Positions 1-10,431 of a DNA stretch of 64,000 bases are shown here, one piece after another. The stretch's first letter is position 1. Every line of letters starts with the position of its first letter. Location: assembly GCA_045613285.1 (NCBI GenBank), contig JAZLAQ010000030.1:28290-92289 (forward strand), in the 5' to 3' direction. Source of the DNA: Alphaproteobacteria bacterium. GTDB lineage: Bacteria > Pseudomonadota > Alphaproteobacteria > CAAHEQ01 > UBA3637. The notes below the pieces were generated by a model that saw nothing but the letters and a program-made list of their open reading frames with translations, was not told the origin of the DNA and ran no database searches. A program made the position numbers and the translations under genes.

Positions 1-869
1 ACTAATGAACCGATAAAACCGAATTCCTCTGCCAAAACAGTTAAAATAAAATCTGTATGAGATTCCGGAATGAAATGAAGACGGCTCTGCGTTCCTTCCA
101 AAAAACCTTTTCCAAGTAACCCGCCAGATCCCAAAGTTATCTTTGACTGAGTAATATGGTAACCGGTTCCGGTTGGATCACTTTCAGGATTTAAAAATGT
201 TAAAACCCTTTGTTTTTGATAAGCATGTAAAAAAGACCAAATTAATGGAAATGACAATGCACCGCCAACAATTAAAACAAAAAACTTCCAAAGCTGAACA
301 CCAACAAAATAAAAAATGGCACCAGTTGCAAAAACCAACATTAATGCTGTCCCTAAATCCGGCTGTTTTAAAATAAGTCCAACAGGAACAACCATTAATA
401 AGATTGGTGGTATAATAAACTTGATAGATCGAATTTCATCCAAAGAAGCTCCATGGAAATAGCGTGCCAATGCTATGATTAAAGCAATCTTCATAATTTC
501 AGATGGTTGTAACATAATAACTCCTAAGTTTAACCATCTTTGCGCACCCATTCCCGTATGTCCAAAAACAGACACACCAATCAGTAACAATAAACCTATT
601 CCGTATATAACATATGCATATTTCATCCATAATCGTAAATTTGTCAGAGCAATCAGACATAAAACTCCAAGGCTGACTGAAAACCGAAAACTCTGTTTAA
701 ATGCCAAAGGGAAAAAACTCCCCTTATTGATAGAATACAAGACCCCGATTCCTATACAAACAACCGAACAAATAAAAAATAAATACAGATAGTTAAATCT
801 AAATATTTTTTCGGATAAAGGTAAATTATAATCTTTTAAATAGCAGTTTCTGTCCTTAAAGAAACTCAT
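1..869 (-). CDS. rodA: Rod shape-determining protein RodA (FtsW/RodA/SpoVE family). Only the N-terminal ~289 aa are in the window; the C-terminus and stop codon lie beyond position 1. The ORF track does not list it because the ORF is open at the window edge.
   Basis: My own minus-strand translation from the ATG at 869..867 reads [16 protein letters not shown]...[19 protein letters not shown]...PDLGTALML...[55 protein letters not shown]. These are classic RodA/FtsW motifs. The start overlaps the mrdA stop by 1 nt (TAATG), giving the canonical mreBCD-mrdA-rodA order. Confidence 0.85.
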   Translation of the reverse strand, partial: MSFFKDRNCYLKDYNLPLSEKIFRFNYLYLFFICSVVCIGIGVLYSINKGSFFPLAFKQSFRFSVSLGVLCLIALTNLRLWMKYAYVIYGIGLLLLIGVSVFGHTGMGAQRWLNLGVIMLQPSEIMKIALIIALARYFHGASLDEIRSIKFIIPPILLMVVPVGLILKQPDLGTALMLVFATGAIFYFVGVQLWKFFVLIVGGALSFPLIWSFLHAYQKQRVLTFLNPESDPTGTGYHITQSKITLGSGGLLGKGFLEGTQSRLHFIPESHTDFILTVLAEEFGFIGSL

Positions 870-2698
870 TATTTAGTTCCTTTCTTATCTTCATGTTCCA
901 ACTCCAAAACCCGTTGCATAATATCCCGTAGTAAAGGAGCCGCTGTTTTTGAACCACCACCACCGTGTTCAACCAAAACAACGCCGGCATATTTAGGATT
1001 TTTGGTCGGTGCAAAACCGGCAAAAATAGCATGATCTCGATATTTTTCAGGTAAATCCTCTTGTGCAATAACACCTTTTTCACGTTCTTGCATACTGATT
1101 CGTCGTACCTGTGTAGTGGCTGTTTTACCGGCCATTTTTTGACCGCTATAATCTAAACGAGAACCATAAGCAGTTCCTTCTTTTTTATTAACAACATCAT
1201 ACATACCGGAACGAACCGCTTTTAGGAAGATAGGATTGAAATTTAATGTTTCTGGATCATCCTCAATATTTGATTTTAGTAAAGTCGGATGAATATTTTT
1301 TCCACCTGCTATTCTGGCAACAGCTGTTACAATTTGTAAAGGTGTTGCATTCAAGAAACCTTGACCAATACTTAAATTCAACGTATCCCCCATACGCCAA
1401 TCATCATTATGGTGTTCTTTTTTCCATTCTGCTGTCGGAACAAGACCTTTACTTTCCCCTGTCAATCCGATATTTACCGTTTCACCAAATCCCAATCGTT
1501 TTGCAACTTCAATAATTTTTTCATGACCGATTTTTTGAGCCATCTCATAAAAATATACATCACAAGAATGCATAATGGCTTCTTCTAGTGTCTCATTACC
1601 GTGTCCGTCTTTTTTCCAGCAATGGAAAATATGTTCACCTAACTTTGTTTTACCGGTGCAGTTTACTTTCGTTTTTAAAGTGATATCACCACTTTCTAAT
1701 CCAGCTAAACCAACAACCAATTTAAAAATGGACCCCGGTGAATATAGACCACTCAATACTTTATTTTGTAAAGGTCGATGCGGATCTTCCAACAATCTAT
1801 TCCAATTTTTATATGAAATCGGAACCGTAAATAAATTACCGTCATATGTCGGAGAAGATACAAGAGCTAAAATTTCCCCAGTCTGAACATTTACGATAAC
1901 TGCTGAAGCTGCATACTTTTTCAGAAGTCCACTGATATAATTTTGAAGTCTTGTATCTATTGTTAAAAGAATATCTTGTCCTGAAATGGCTGGTTCTTCA
2001 TTCAAAACACGGACCGTTCGACCAAAAGCATTTACTTCTGATTGCCGATGCCCTGGGATTCCCTTTAATTTTTCTTCCTGAGAACTTTCAATCCCGGTTC
2101 TACCTACGCGATACCCAGGCAAATCAAGCAAAGGATTTTTTTGATCTCCGTTAACATCTTTCTCTGTCAATAATGAAACATATCCTAAAACAGGGGTATT
2201 ACCAGAACCTGCAGAATATAAACGCATCATCCCTTCTTCTATCTGTATTCCTTGTAAATCAGGCATATTTAATTGAATTAAAGCTAATTCATTTAGACTT
2301 AAATTATCTTTCAGACGAACGGGCATAAAAGCTCTTTTATGTCGCAATTCATTTGTAATTCGCTCTTTTTCATCCTCATCAACAGATATTAATTTCAAGA
2401 AATTATTTAATGTTTTTTTATAATCAGAAGCATCTTCTTTAATAATAACGGCTTGAAATGTTTTTGTGTTTTCAGCTAATTGTACACCGTTTCTGTCAAA
2501 TATTTTTCCCCGAGTCGGCATTGTTAAACGAACGGATAAACGATTTTTTTCTGCCAATAACAGATAACTATCCCCCATAAATACCTGTAAATAAAGTAAT
2601 CTGGCAATAATAACAAATCCCAGTAAAAAAAAGATAATGCCAAGTCCTACCATCCGACGAGACATAACCAAAGTTTTTTCATATTTCCAAATACTCAT
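869..2698 (-). CDS. mrdA: Penicillin-binding protein 2, a class B PBP peptidoglycan D,D-transpeptidase (609 aa)
   Basis: N-terminal membrane anchor, dimerisation domain and transpeptidase domain with an SxxK active-site motif (SPGSIFK). Located between mreD and rodA. Confidence 0.9.
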   Translation of the reverse strand: MSIWKYEKTLVMSRRMVGLGIIFFLLGFVIIARLLYLQVFMGDSYLLLAEKNRLSVRLTMPTRGKIFDRNGVQLAENTKTFQAVIIKEDASDYKKTLNNFLKLISVDEDEKERITNELRHKRAFMPVRLKDNLSLNELALIQLNMPDLQGIQIEEGMMRLYSAGSGNTPVLGYVSLLTEKDVNGDQKNPLLDLPGYRVGRTGIESSQEEKLKGIPGHRQSEVNAFGRTVRVLNEEPAISGQDILLTIDTRLQNYISGLLKKYAASAVIVNVQTGEILALVSSPTYDGNLFTVPISYKNWNRLLEDPHRPLQNKVLSGLYSPGSIFKLVVGLAGLESGDITLKTKVNCTGKTKLGEHIFHCWKKDGHGNETLEEAIMHSCDVYFYEMAQKIGHEKIIEVAKRLGFGETVNIGLTGESKGLVPTAEWKKEHHNDDWRMGDTLNLSIGQGFLNATPLQIVTAVARIAGGKNIHPTLLKSNIEDDPETLNFNPIFLKAVRSGMYDVVNKKEGTAYGSRLDYSGQKMAGKTATTQVRRISMQEREKGVIAQEDLPEKYRDHAIFAGFAPTKNPKYAGVVLVEHGGGGSKTAAPLLRDIMQRVLELEHEDKKGTK

Positions 2699-3186
2699 GC
2701 TGTCTCCGCCATTTTATTTAGATAACTACAAAAATAAAAAAACAAAGGATAAATCAATATTAGAACAGTATATTGAAATAATAAAAAATTAACAGGGATA
2801 ACGGCACCACTGAAAACAGTAAATAAAAAGGATTGTAATAATAAAAGAATACCACTAGATACCGTAAATAAAATCCATAAGCTTTTAAAAGATAAATCTT
2901 TCAAAAATAATTGATTTAATCGGGCAATAAAAAATAATAATACAAATAAAAAAGAATGAATACCAAAAGGCAGTTCTGTCATCAGATCCGTAAAAAATCC
3001 CAACAAAAAAACCATATAAGCATTCAATAAAGTCGGATGAAAAATCGCAAAATAAAATATGGGAATAAAAACAAGTGGAATAAAAATACCTTTTATTTCA
3101 GGTATTAAGGAAATAAAGATCAAAATAAAACAAAACAGAAACGGAAATCCTAAACGAACATAAGAAAAAAAATTTTGAACAGACAT
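2695..3186 (-). CDS. mreD: Rod shape-determining protein MreD (163 aa, polytopic membrane protein)
   Basis: Small, highly hydrophobic multi-TM protein. Sits between mreC and mrdA with 1-nt and 4-nt overlaps. Confidence 0.75.
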   Translation of the reverse strand: MSVQNFFSYVRLGFPFLFCFILIFISLIPEIKGIFIPLVFIPIFYFAIFHPTLLNAYMVFLLGFFTDLMTELPFGIHSFLFVLLFFIARLNQLFLKDLSFKSLWILFTVSSGILLLLQSFLFTVFSGAVIPVNFLLFQYTVLILIYPLFFYFCSYLNKMAETA

Positions 3187-4049
3187 TATTCAGACTCCGG
3201 TACAGGACATTCATTTTGAATTAAAATGTTAGAAAGTCCAAAATTAACCAGACGGACAAAATCTGGGGTTTCATCTTCTTCAAATAAACGAACCCGAATA
3301 TCACCGTCAATAATACTTTCTACAATACCGATTCCCAAACCTGTTGGGAAAACACCAACCTGTCCAGATGTTAAAACAACATCTCCTTCAAAGACGGTTG
3401 TATTTTCCGGAAGGGATATGATTTTAGGAAGATTATCTCCATCCCCTGATAAAAAAGCGTGTATTTCTGTTTCCCCAACGATAACAGGTACCCTGGAAGC
3501 ATAATCTGTTAAAAGCATCAGTCGTGATATTGTTGAAGAAACTTCCACAATACGACCAAACACACCGGTAGACGTCATTGCAACATCACCTTTTTGAACT
3601 CCTTGTTCCGAACCGGCAGAAACAATCAATGATTTAGAAAAACGGGCCCCATCATCCATCAATACTTTTGCTGTAACAAATGTTACATTTTTAGGTGGAA
3701 CATAATTTAGTAATTTCTTTAATTCTTTTTGTTCACTATTAAGTTGTAGAGCTATATTCCGCCAATTTTTTAATTTTTCATTTTCCTGACGCAGTGCATT
3801 ATTTTGTCTGTATGTCATCATAAAATCAGACGATGAAGATACAAGGCCTTTTCCCCATTTAACAGGAATAGTCAAAACTTCTATGACAGGAGAAAAAAAT
3901 CCTTTGACTGTCATTTTAGCTTGACTTAAATAGGGATTTTCGAAGGTACTAAATACCAAAAAGCAAAACGATAAAAACAGCAAAAATAAAGGCAAAAAAA
4001 GCCGTATTTGTGATTTAATTTTTTTAATACGAAATTGACGGCTTTCCAT
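3186..4049 (-). CDS. mreC: Rod shape-determining protein MreC (287 aa)
   Basis: N-terminal TM, a coiled-coil region (LRQENEKLKNWRN...) and a C-terminal beta-rich domain. Lies directly downstream of mreB. Confidence 0.85.
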   Translation of the reverse strand: MESRQFRIKKIKSQIRLFLPLFLLFLSFCFLVFSTFENPYLSQAKMTVKGFFSPVIEVLTIPVKWGKGLVSSSSDFMMTYRQNNALRQENEKLKNWRNIALQLNSEQKELKKLLNYVPPKNVTFVTAKVLMDDGARFSKSLIVSAGSEQGVQKGDVAMTSTGVFGRIVEVSSTISRLMLLTDYASRVPVIVGETEIHAFLSGDGDNLPKIISLPENTTVFEGDVVLTSGQVGVFPTGLGIGIVESIIDGDIRVRLFEEDETPDFVRLVNFGLSNILIQNECPVPESE

Positions 4050-4059
4050 GCAAAAGACT

Positions 4060-5148
<1,089 letters not shown>

Positions 5149-5266
5149 CTAGTACTATTCATACAACACTTCCGCAAAGAAAACAACCTTTTTTTTCATT
5201 TTTTAGCAAAAAAAATCATAAACTTTTAGATAATTGATTTTTTGAGTCTTTGTTTTTAGATATTTT

Positions 5267-5581
5267 ATGTCAAAAAAGGAGGAAAAAATGACAAATTTTG
5301 CTACAATAGAAAATGTTTTCACACCGGATAAAAAATTAAGTAAAATTGAAATGCTTCGTGCTATTAAATTTGCAATTACTTCTGAATTTGAAGCTATCCA
5401 AATATACCAACAAATTATGGAAAGTTCCAATGATTCCCGTATTGTAAAGGTTCTGGCAGAAATTACAAATGATGAAAAAAATCATGTTGGTGGATTATAT
5501 AAACTTTTGGAATTTTTATCGCCAGAAGATTATAAAGAATATGAACATGGTTATGAAGAAACCATTGAAAATTACAAATGA
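5267..5581 (+). CDS. Small ferritin-like/rubrerythrin-like diiron-motif protein (104 aa); function unknown
   Basis: Two E...ExxH-like segments (SEFEAIQIY and EITNDEKNH) are typical of ferritin-like four-helix bundles. An SD-like AAAAGGAGG sits 6 nt upstream. Confidence 0.45.
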   Translation: MSKKEEKMTNFATIENVFTPDKKLSKIEMLRAIKFAITSEFEAIQIYQQIMESSNDSRIVKVLAEITNDEKNHVGGLYKLLEFLSPEDYKEYEHGYEETIENYK

Positions 5582-6495
5582 TGAATAAGATATATACCAT
5601 CCAATGAACCGCCGGCTTGTTGTTCCAAAGTTTTACCGTGTTCGACCTCGTATTTAGCAACACCGTAATCCAAACACCATACCGGCGCAATACCACTATT
5701 TAAGGCCCCCTGAATATCCGTTCGAAATGTATCTCCAATCATTGCAACTTTTGGGGATGGTGTTATATCTAACTTTTGAAAAGCATAGTCATAGATATTC
5801 TGATAAGGTTTTCCAAATTCTAAAACTTCACCACCGATTTGTCGGTAAGCTTGTGCTAAACTACCTTGTCGGATAACCCAATCAGCCCCTGCCCGATTAA
5901 AATGTTTTTCAAGAACAATTAAATCAGGATTAGTGCTGATAGCTGGCAATCCTATTTTTGATAGGTATTCCAATTCCTTCAAAAATGGTTCAACCGTTGC
6001 CGTATCAAACTTTTGAGACGTTTCATCTACCGCAAAAAATTGATTTTTAAGGTTTGGAAACTGTTCTGTTTGTTCTGCAGTCAATTGCGGAGATCCTATA
6101 AAAACGATATTGGCTTCTTCTGGGCTCCGAACTATTTTAAATGGTGTCCCATTTGAAATGGCAAAACGGGATAACCCAACAACATATACATTATGTCCTT
6201 TAAAAGGCAAGTTATCATGGCATAGATAATGGTAGCAAACATCACCTGATGTGATAATATCCGTATAATGAACGCCTTTTGTTAAACCTTTTTGAGCATA
6301 ATTTAAAATATTCGTATCCCCGATAAGAGTCGTATTTGAAAGGATACAAACTCTTTTTCCTTTTTTTACCTCTTTTTCCATAGTTTCTAAACTGTTGGGG
6401 ATAGTAGAGGAACCACCCCAAAAAACACCATAAGCATCCACTAAAAGAGTATCAAAATTATCAGCAATTTCATTAAAATTATTATAAATTTTCAT
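5572..6495 (-). CDS. HAD-superfamily hydrolase, subfamily IIA-like (307 aa)
   Basis: N-terminal DxYGV motif (LLVDAYGVFW), a central S/T (ILSNT) and a C-terminal GDxxxTD motif (IGDTFRTDIQGA) fit the HAD core. Its 3' end overlaps the convergent ferritin-like gene by 10 nt. Confidence 0.7.
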   Translation of the reverse strand: MKIYNNFNEIADNFDTLLVDAYGVFWGGSSTIPNSLETMEKEVKKGKRVCILSNTTLIGDTNILNYAQKGLTKGVHYTDIITSGDVCYHYLCHDNLPFKGHNVYVVGLSRFAISNGTPFKIVRSPEEANIVFIGSPQLTAEQTEQFPNLKNQFFAVDETSQKFDTATVEPFLKELEYLSKIGLPAISTNPDLIVLEKHFNRAGADWVIRQGSLAQAYRQIGGEVLEFGKPYQNIYDYAFQKLDITPSPKVAMIGDTFRTDIQGALNSGIAPVWCLDYGVAKYEVEHGKTLEQQAGGSLDGIYLIHHL

Positions 6496-6505
6496 TTACT
6501 AATCC

Positions 6506-7063
6506 TTAAATTTCTTCTAAAATAAAAAGTGTATTTTTACGAAAAGGAATTGAATTGTAAAAATTAATTTTTTCATTTTTATTCATATAACTAATACAAA
6601 TAATGAAAGTATTAGATGAATAAAAAGAATGGTATATTGTACCATCAATTTTTCCTAGTTTATAATCCGCTTCATACTGAGTAAAGCAACGGTAAAACGA
6701 AAGCGGAATATTATCTGATAAAGAAAAATTCATTCGTTTTGCAATTGCTAAAAAATCTCGTTTTTCGGACATATTTTCTATATCTATACCAATCGGATTA
6801 TCCGATACGGCCAAAAGCACACAGTTTTCACTATGTGTCAAACTAATATATGTATTTGGAATTATCGGTTTTCCATTTTCCTGTAATAGTGGTGATGTAT
6901 GAAATAAATCATATATTAACGCCCGACCAACCAAAAACTGTAATTGTCTATTTTTATCTTTTATATTTTTATAACGAAGTTTCTCTGTATCAGATAATAT
7001 ATCATAATACTGTTTTTTTAAATCATCTGAGATATCGGATATATCTGTCAAAAAAACTTTCAT
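6506..7063 (-). CDS. 4'-phosphopantetheinyl transferase, Sfp/EntD type (185 aa)
   Basis: Motifs FLVGRAL, ISLTHS, GIDIE and a C-terminal W/F..YEAxxK-like segment (FTQYEADYKLGK). Confidence 0.7.
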   Translation of the reverse strand: MKVFLTDISDISDDLKKQYYDILSDTEKLRYKNIKDKNRQLQFLVGRALIYDLFHTSPLLQENGKPIIPNTYISLTHSENCVLLAVSDNPIGIDIENMSEKRDFLAIAKRMNFSLSDNIPLSFYRCFTQYEADYKLGKIDGTIYHSFYSSNTFIICISYMNKNEKINFYNSIPFRKNTLFILEEI

Positions 7064-7980
7064 TTTAAATTTCTAATTTCTTTATCCAAAACTTTAAACA
7101 ACATCTTACTTGAATGTCCTTTATCCGGCACAATAACTAATTTTGAACTTGGTAAAGCACGATGCAAATCGTACGCCTGATATACAGGACAAATAAAATC
7201 CAAACGATTGTGAACTATCAAAGTAGGTATATTTTTAATCCTATCAATATGATCTAATAACTGATTTTCTTTTACAAAAAAGTGATTGATTTCGTAATCA
7301 AGATAAATCCGACCAGAACGAATATATCCGTCCGTTAAAGCTGGCGTTTTATCAAAGGAAGGATTAACCTCGCCCAACAATCGTTCATAAGACCCATAAT
7401 ACTTCTGAGCCTGTTGAATATCCAGATATTTATCAGAAAATAATTTTTTATAAAAATAAGGGACCAAATCTTTCTGACCGGCGATTTTTTTCATTTCATC
7501 CATTAAATCAGGATAAAAAATCCGACTGTCTTTGGATACCCATTCAGCATCTTTTTTACGCATCAAAAATATTGAATTTAATATCAGTTGAGAAACAAGT
7601 TTAGGATAAGTTTCGGCAAACAAAACAGCTAATCCCGAACCGAAAGAAGCCCCTGCTATAACAACTTTCCCTTTTATTTTTAAATATTTTAATAGCTTTT
7701 CAGCATCTTGAACTGTTGCCTGAGATGTATTGTTTTTAAAAGCATCTTCAAATTTAGAAAGGCCACACCCCCGTTGGTCAAACAAAATAATCCGCCATTT
7801 TTTCAAATCATAATGGGATACATGTTTTGCCTTACCACTTCCCCCCGGACCACCATGAAAAGACAAAACAACTTTTCCGTTCGGATTACCGTATTGATGA
7901 TAATAAATAGAATGTCCATCACCTACCGATAAAAAACCGGTATTAAAAGGAACTATCTTTTTTTTTAAAAATGGAAACAT
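7060..7980 (-). CDS. Alpha/beta-hydrolase, proline iminopeptidase-like (306 aa)
   Basis: HGGPGGSG oxyanion-hole region and a GxSxG nucleophile elbow (GASFGSG). The length and motif layout match the S33 prolyl aminopeptidase family. Confidence 0.6.
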   Translation of the reverse strand: MFPFLKKKIVPFNTGFLSVGDGHSIYYHQYGNPNGKVVLSFHGGPGGSGKAKHVSHYDLKKWRIILFDQRGCGLSKFEDAFKNNTSQATVQDAEKLLKYLKIKGKVVIAGASFGSGLAVLFAETYPKLVSQLILNSIFLMRKKDAEWVSKDSRIFYPDLMDEMKKIAGQKDLVPYFYKKLFSDKYLDIQQAQKYYGSYERLLGEVNPSFDKTPALTDGYIRSGRIYLDYEINHFFVKENQLLDHIDRIKNIPTLIVHNRLDFICPVYQAYDLHRALPSSKLVIVPDKGHSSKMLFKVLDKEIRNLK

Positions 7981-8032
7981 ATAGACCTCCTTGTTTAATG
8001 ACAGGTTATGATATTTTTTTTAAAATAGCAAG

Positions 8033-8079
8033 TAAAAAAAAACACCCTGTTAAAAACAAGGTGTTTTTTGTTTTTTTTA
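8033..8079. terminator. Bidirectional rho-independent terminator between pgk and the pip-like gene
   Basis: A-run, then stem ACACCCTGTT with loop AAA and stem AACAAGGTGT, then a long T-run. Confidence 0.6.
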
Positions 8080-8082
8080 ACC

Positions 8083-9270
8083 TTATTGTTCCAAAATAGC
8101 AACACCCGGTAATGTTTTACCTTCCATCCATTCCAAGAAAGCTCCACCAGCAGCCGATACATAAGTTAATGACGGAGCAACACCTGCTTTTTTTAAAGCA
8201 GAAACTGTATCACCACCACCGGCGACAGATGTTAAAACACCTTGTTTGGTTAATTCAGCAACCGCTAGAGCAATTTCATTTGTACTCTTATCAAAAGGTT
8301 TGATTTCAAAAGCGCCGACCGGACCATTCCAAATCAATGTCTTACACTTTTTAATCGTATCAATGAATTCTTGTGCGGATTTTGGACCGATATCCAATAA
8401 AACCTTTCCGGCAGGAACCTTATCGGCATCGGAAATATGAGCTTCCTGTCCTTCACCAAAAGCATCTGCCCATGTTAAATCAACAGGTAATACAATAGTA
8501 CAAGAACCGGCATTTGCCAAGATAGATTTTGCCGTATCAATCATAGCAGGTTCTACTAAAGAACCTTCACCCATCGGGATACCTTTAGCAGCTAAAAATG
8601 TATGAGCCATACCACCACCAATGCAAAGATAGTCAACTTTCTTTACAAGATTAGCTAACAAATCCAATTTAGTTGAAACTTTTGAACCACCAACCAAAGC
8701 AACAGCCGGACGAACCGGATTACCCAAGGCTTTATCCAAAGCTTCTAATTCTTCTTGCATTAATCGACCGGCACCACGGGGTAATAAATGCGCCATTCCT
8801 TCCGTAGAAGCATGTGCACGATGAGCTGTTGAGAAAGCATCATTGATATAGATGTCAATACCGCTGGCCAGTTGTTCAGAAAAAGAACGATCATTTTTTT
8901 CTTCACCAGCATAAAAACGTAAATTTTCCAAAAGAACAACTTCACCATCTTTCATATTACGGATAGCTTCATCACGATTTTCACCAATACAATCATCAAC
9001 AAAAGTAACTTTTAACCCGCTGGCTTTTTCAATTGCAGGAACCATGAATGCCATTGAAAATTCTGTTTTCTTTTCTCCTTTTGGGCGACCAAAGTGAGAA
9101 GCAATAACGGCCCGACCACCAGCATTAACTATTTCCTTTAATGTTGGAACAAAACGGTCAATTCGTGTCATATCCGTAATTTGTCCGTCTTTCGCAGGCA
9201 CATTTAAATCCGCCCGAATAAAAACTGTTTTTCCGTTAAAATCAAAATCTTGTAAAGTTTTAAATTTCAT
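8083..9270 (-). CDS. pgk: Phosphoglycerate kinase (395 aa)
   Basis: Full-length PGK with the conserved N-terminal substrate-binding basic patch and the C-terminal nucleotide-binding glycine-rich motifs (GGGASLE-like, GGGDT). Confidence 0.95.
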   Translation of the reverse strand: MKFKTLQDFDFNGKTVFIRADLNVPAKDGQITDMTRIDRFVPTLKEIVNAGGRAVIASHFGRPKGEKKTEFSMAFMVPAIEKASGLKVTFVDDCIGENRDEAIRNMKDGEVVLLENLRFYAGEEKNDRSFSEQLASGIDIYINDAFSTAHRAHASTEGMAHLLPRGAGRLMQEELEALDKALGNPVRPAVALVGGSKVSTKLDLLANLVKKVDYLCIGGGMAHTFLAAKGIPMGEGSLVEPAMIDTAKSILANAGSCTIVLPVDLTWADAFGEGQEAHISDADKVPAGKVLLDIGPKSAQEFIDTIKKCKTLIWNGPVGAFEIKPFDKSTNEIALAVAELTKQGVLTSVAGGGDTVSALKKAGVAPSLTYVSAAGGAFLEWMEGKTLPGVAILEQ

Positions 9271-9402
9271 TATTGTTTTCCTTTCAGTTTTAAAACTTCG
9301 ACTATTCCATCACATTTTTTCAAAAAAATCAAGATAAAAATTGACAATCATAAAAAATCGTGTTATGAAATCTAGCATCAACTATTTTTTTGGAGGTATA
9401 TA

Positions 9403-9978
9403 ATGAAAAAAGCAGAAAATATCAAAGAATTTGTTGAAAAAGTGGATGCATCTAAAAAATTAAATCCCAAGGATTTATCTTCCGATCAGGATTTAACTAT
9501 TGCAATTATGAATTTAATTTCCATTGAAGAACATCTAATGTTTTCTGGTGCTAAAACAGGAAAAGACAGTTTTTTTGATATGATACAAAATATCCGTGAA
9601 TTACGGAAGAATCTGATGTTAAAAGTTATTCCGGCTTATGAGGGTGAAGTTTGGTGTATTTCAAAGCACTTATTAGCCGCCAGTATGCGTTTGATGGAAG
9701 TCGGTACAAAACAACAAAGTATGAATAATAAGGATGAGGCAAATCAATTGTTTAATCAAGCCTATGATTTATACTGTTTGTTTTGGGGATTAAATATGAA
9801 TCTAATTGATACAAAAGATGTCAAATGGATTGAAGATAAATCAGAAACAGTTTCAAAAATTACGGAAAAATTAGCAATTAAAAAAGAAACAATTCCGGAA
9901 GAAAAATCAGAACCATTAACCGGTTTTGCAAAAATGAAAGCATTTATTCGTAATGCTGTCAACTGTTGTATAGAATAA
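9403..9978 (+). CDS. Hypothetical cytoplasmic protein (191 aa), no recognisable domain
   Basis: Clean ORF with an SD (GGAGG) 7 nt upstream. No TM segment or signal peptide. C-terminal CCIE. Confidence 0.5.
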   Translation: MKKAENIKEFVEKVDASKKLNPKDLSSDQDLTIAIMNLISIEEHLMFSGAKTGKDSFFDMIQNIRELRKNLMLKVIPAYEGEVWCISKHLLAASMRLMEVGTKQQSMNNKDEANQLFNQAYDLYCLFWGLNMNLIDTKDVKWIEDKSETVSKITEKLAIKKETIPEEKSEPLTGFAKMKAFIRNAVNCCIE

Positions 9979-9991
9979 AAAGGAGAGAAAA

Positions 9992-10369
9992 ATGAAAAAA
10001 GGTTTTATTGTTTTATTGGTTGTTTTAGCGGTCGTATTTCTTCTTGTTAAACATGGAGAAAATGTTGTCAATGAAAGTTTAAATAATGGAGAATTGATTA
10101 TTTTTTCACAAGAAGGTTGCGGGCATTGTCATAATGCACTAGCTTTTATTAACTCAACAATCAAAGAAAAATATCCAAATTTAGTCATAAATATAAAGGA
10201 TGTTCAAAAAGAAAAGAAAAATATGACAACTCTGATTTTTGTTGCAAAAAAACATGGTTTAGATTTAGCAAGACTAGGAACGCCGGTTATTCTGTTTAAT
10301 GAAAAAGTAATTGTCGGATGGTCTAGTAAAAAAGAAGATGAACTCTTGAAATTATTGGAAACAAAATAA
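9992..10369 (+). CDS. Exported thioredoxin-fold thiol:disulfide oxidoreductase-like protein with a CGHC active site (125 aa)
   Basis: N-terminal signal or anchor (KKGFIVLLVVLAVVFLLV), a CxxC motif (EGCGHCHNA) and a glutaredoxin/thioredoxin-like length. Lies 13 nt after the preceding gene. Confidence 0.55.
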   Translation: MKKGFIVLLVVLAVVFLLVKHGENVVNESLNNGELIIFSQEGCGHCHNALAFINSTIKEKYPNLVINIKDVQKEKKNMTTLIFVAKKHGLDLARLGTPVILFNEKVIVGWSSKKEDELLKLLETK

Positions 10370-10382
10370 GCAATTCACATAA

Positions 10383-10425
10383 AAAAGGCTTTGTGAACAT
10401 AATCTGTTCCAAAGCCTTTTTTGTA
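10383..10425. terminator. Bidirectional rho-independent terminator between the CGHC protein gene and mltG
   Basis: AAAAAAGGCTTTG, loop, CAAAGCCTTTTTTG. A perfect 9-bp stem flanked by an A-run and a T-run. Confidence 0.6.
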
Positions 10426-10431
10426 TAACAT

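Noticed and set aside
173-792. Plus-strand ORFs 173..376 and 475..792 at the left edge
   Set aside because: They lie antisense to the RodA coding sequence. RodA translates cleanly on the minus strand with strong family motifs, and these ORFs have low-complexity translations. They are spurious.
856-1083. Minus-strand 75-aa ORF overlapping the mrdA 3' end
   Set aside because: It is an alternative frame inside the PBP2 gene with no independent support.
1246-2154. Plus-strand ORFs inside mrdA (1246..1515, 1575..1886, 1951..2154). Likewise those inside accC (22051..22831), asmA (36189..36743), trkH (40079..40369), the 920-aa gene (59426..60158) and other embedded antisense ORFs.
   Set aside because: All are antisense or shadow ORFs within long, well-supported genes on the opposite strand. 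This is typical in AT-rich DNA, where stop codons are depleted in some antisense frames.
5267-5581. Encapsulated-ferritin (encapsulin cargo) interpretation of the 104-aa ferritin-like protein
   Set aside because: There is no encapsulin shell gene nearby and no recognisable C-terminal targeting peptide (the C-terminus is EHGYEETIENYK). Only the generic ferritin-like call is supportable.
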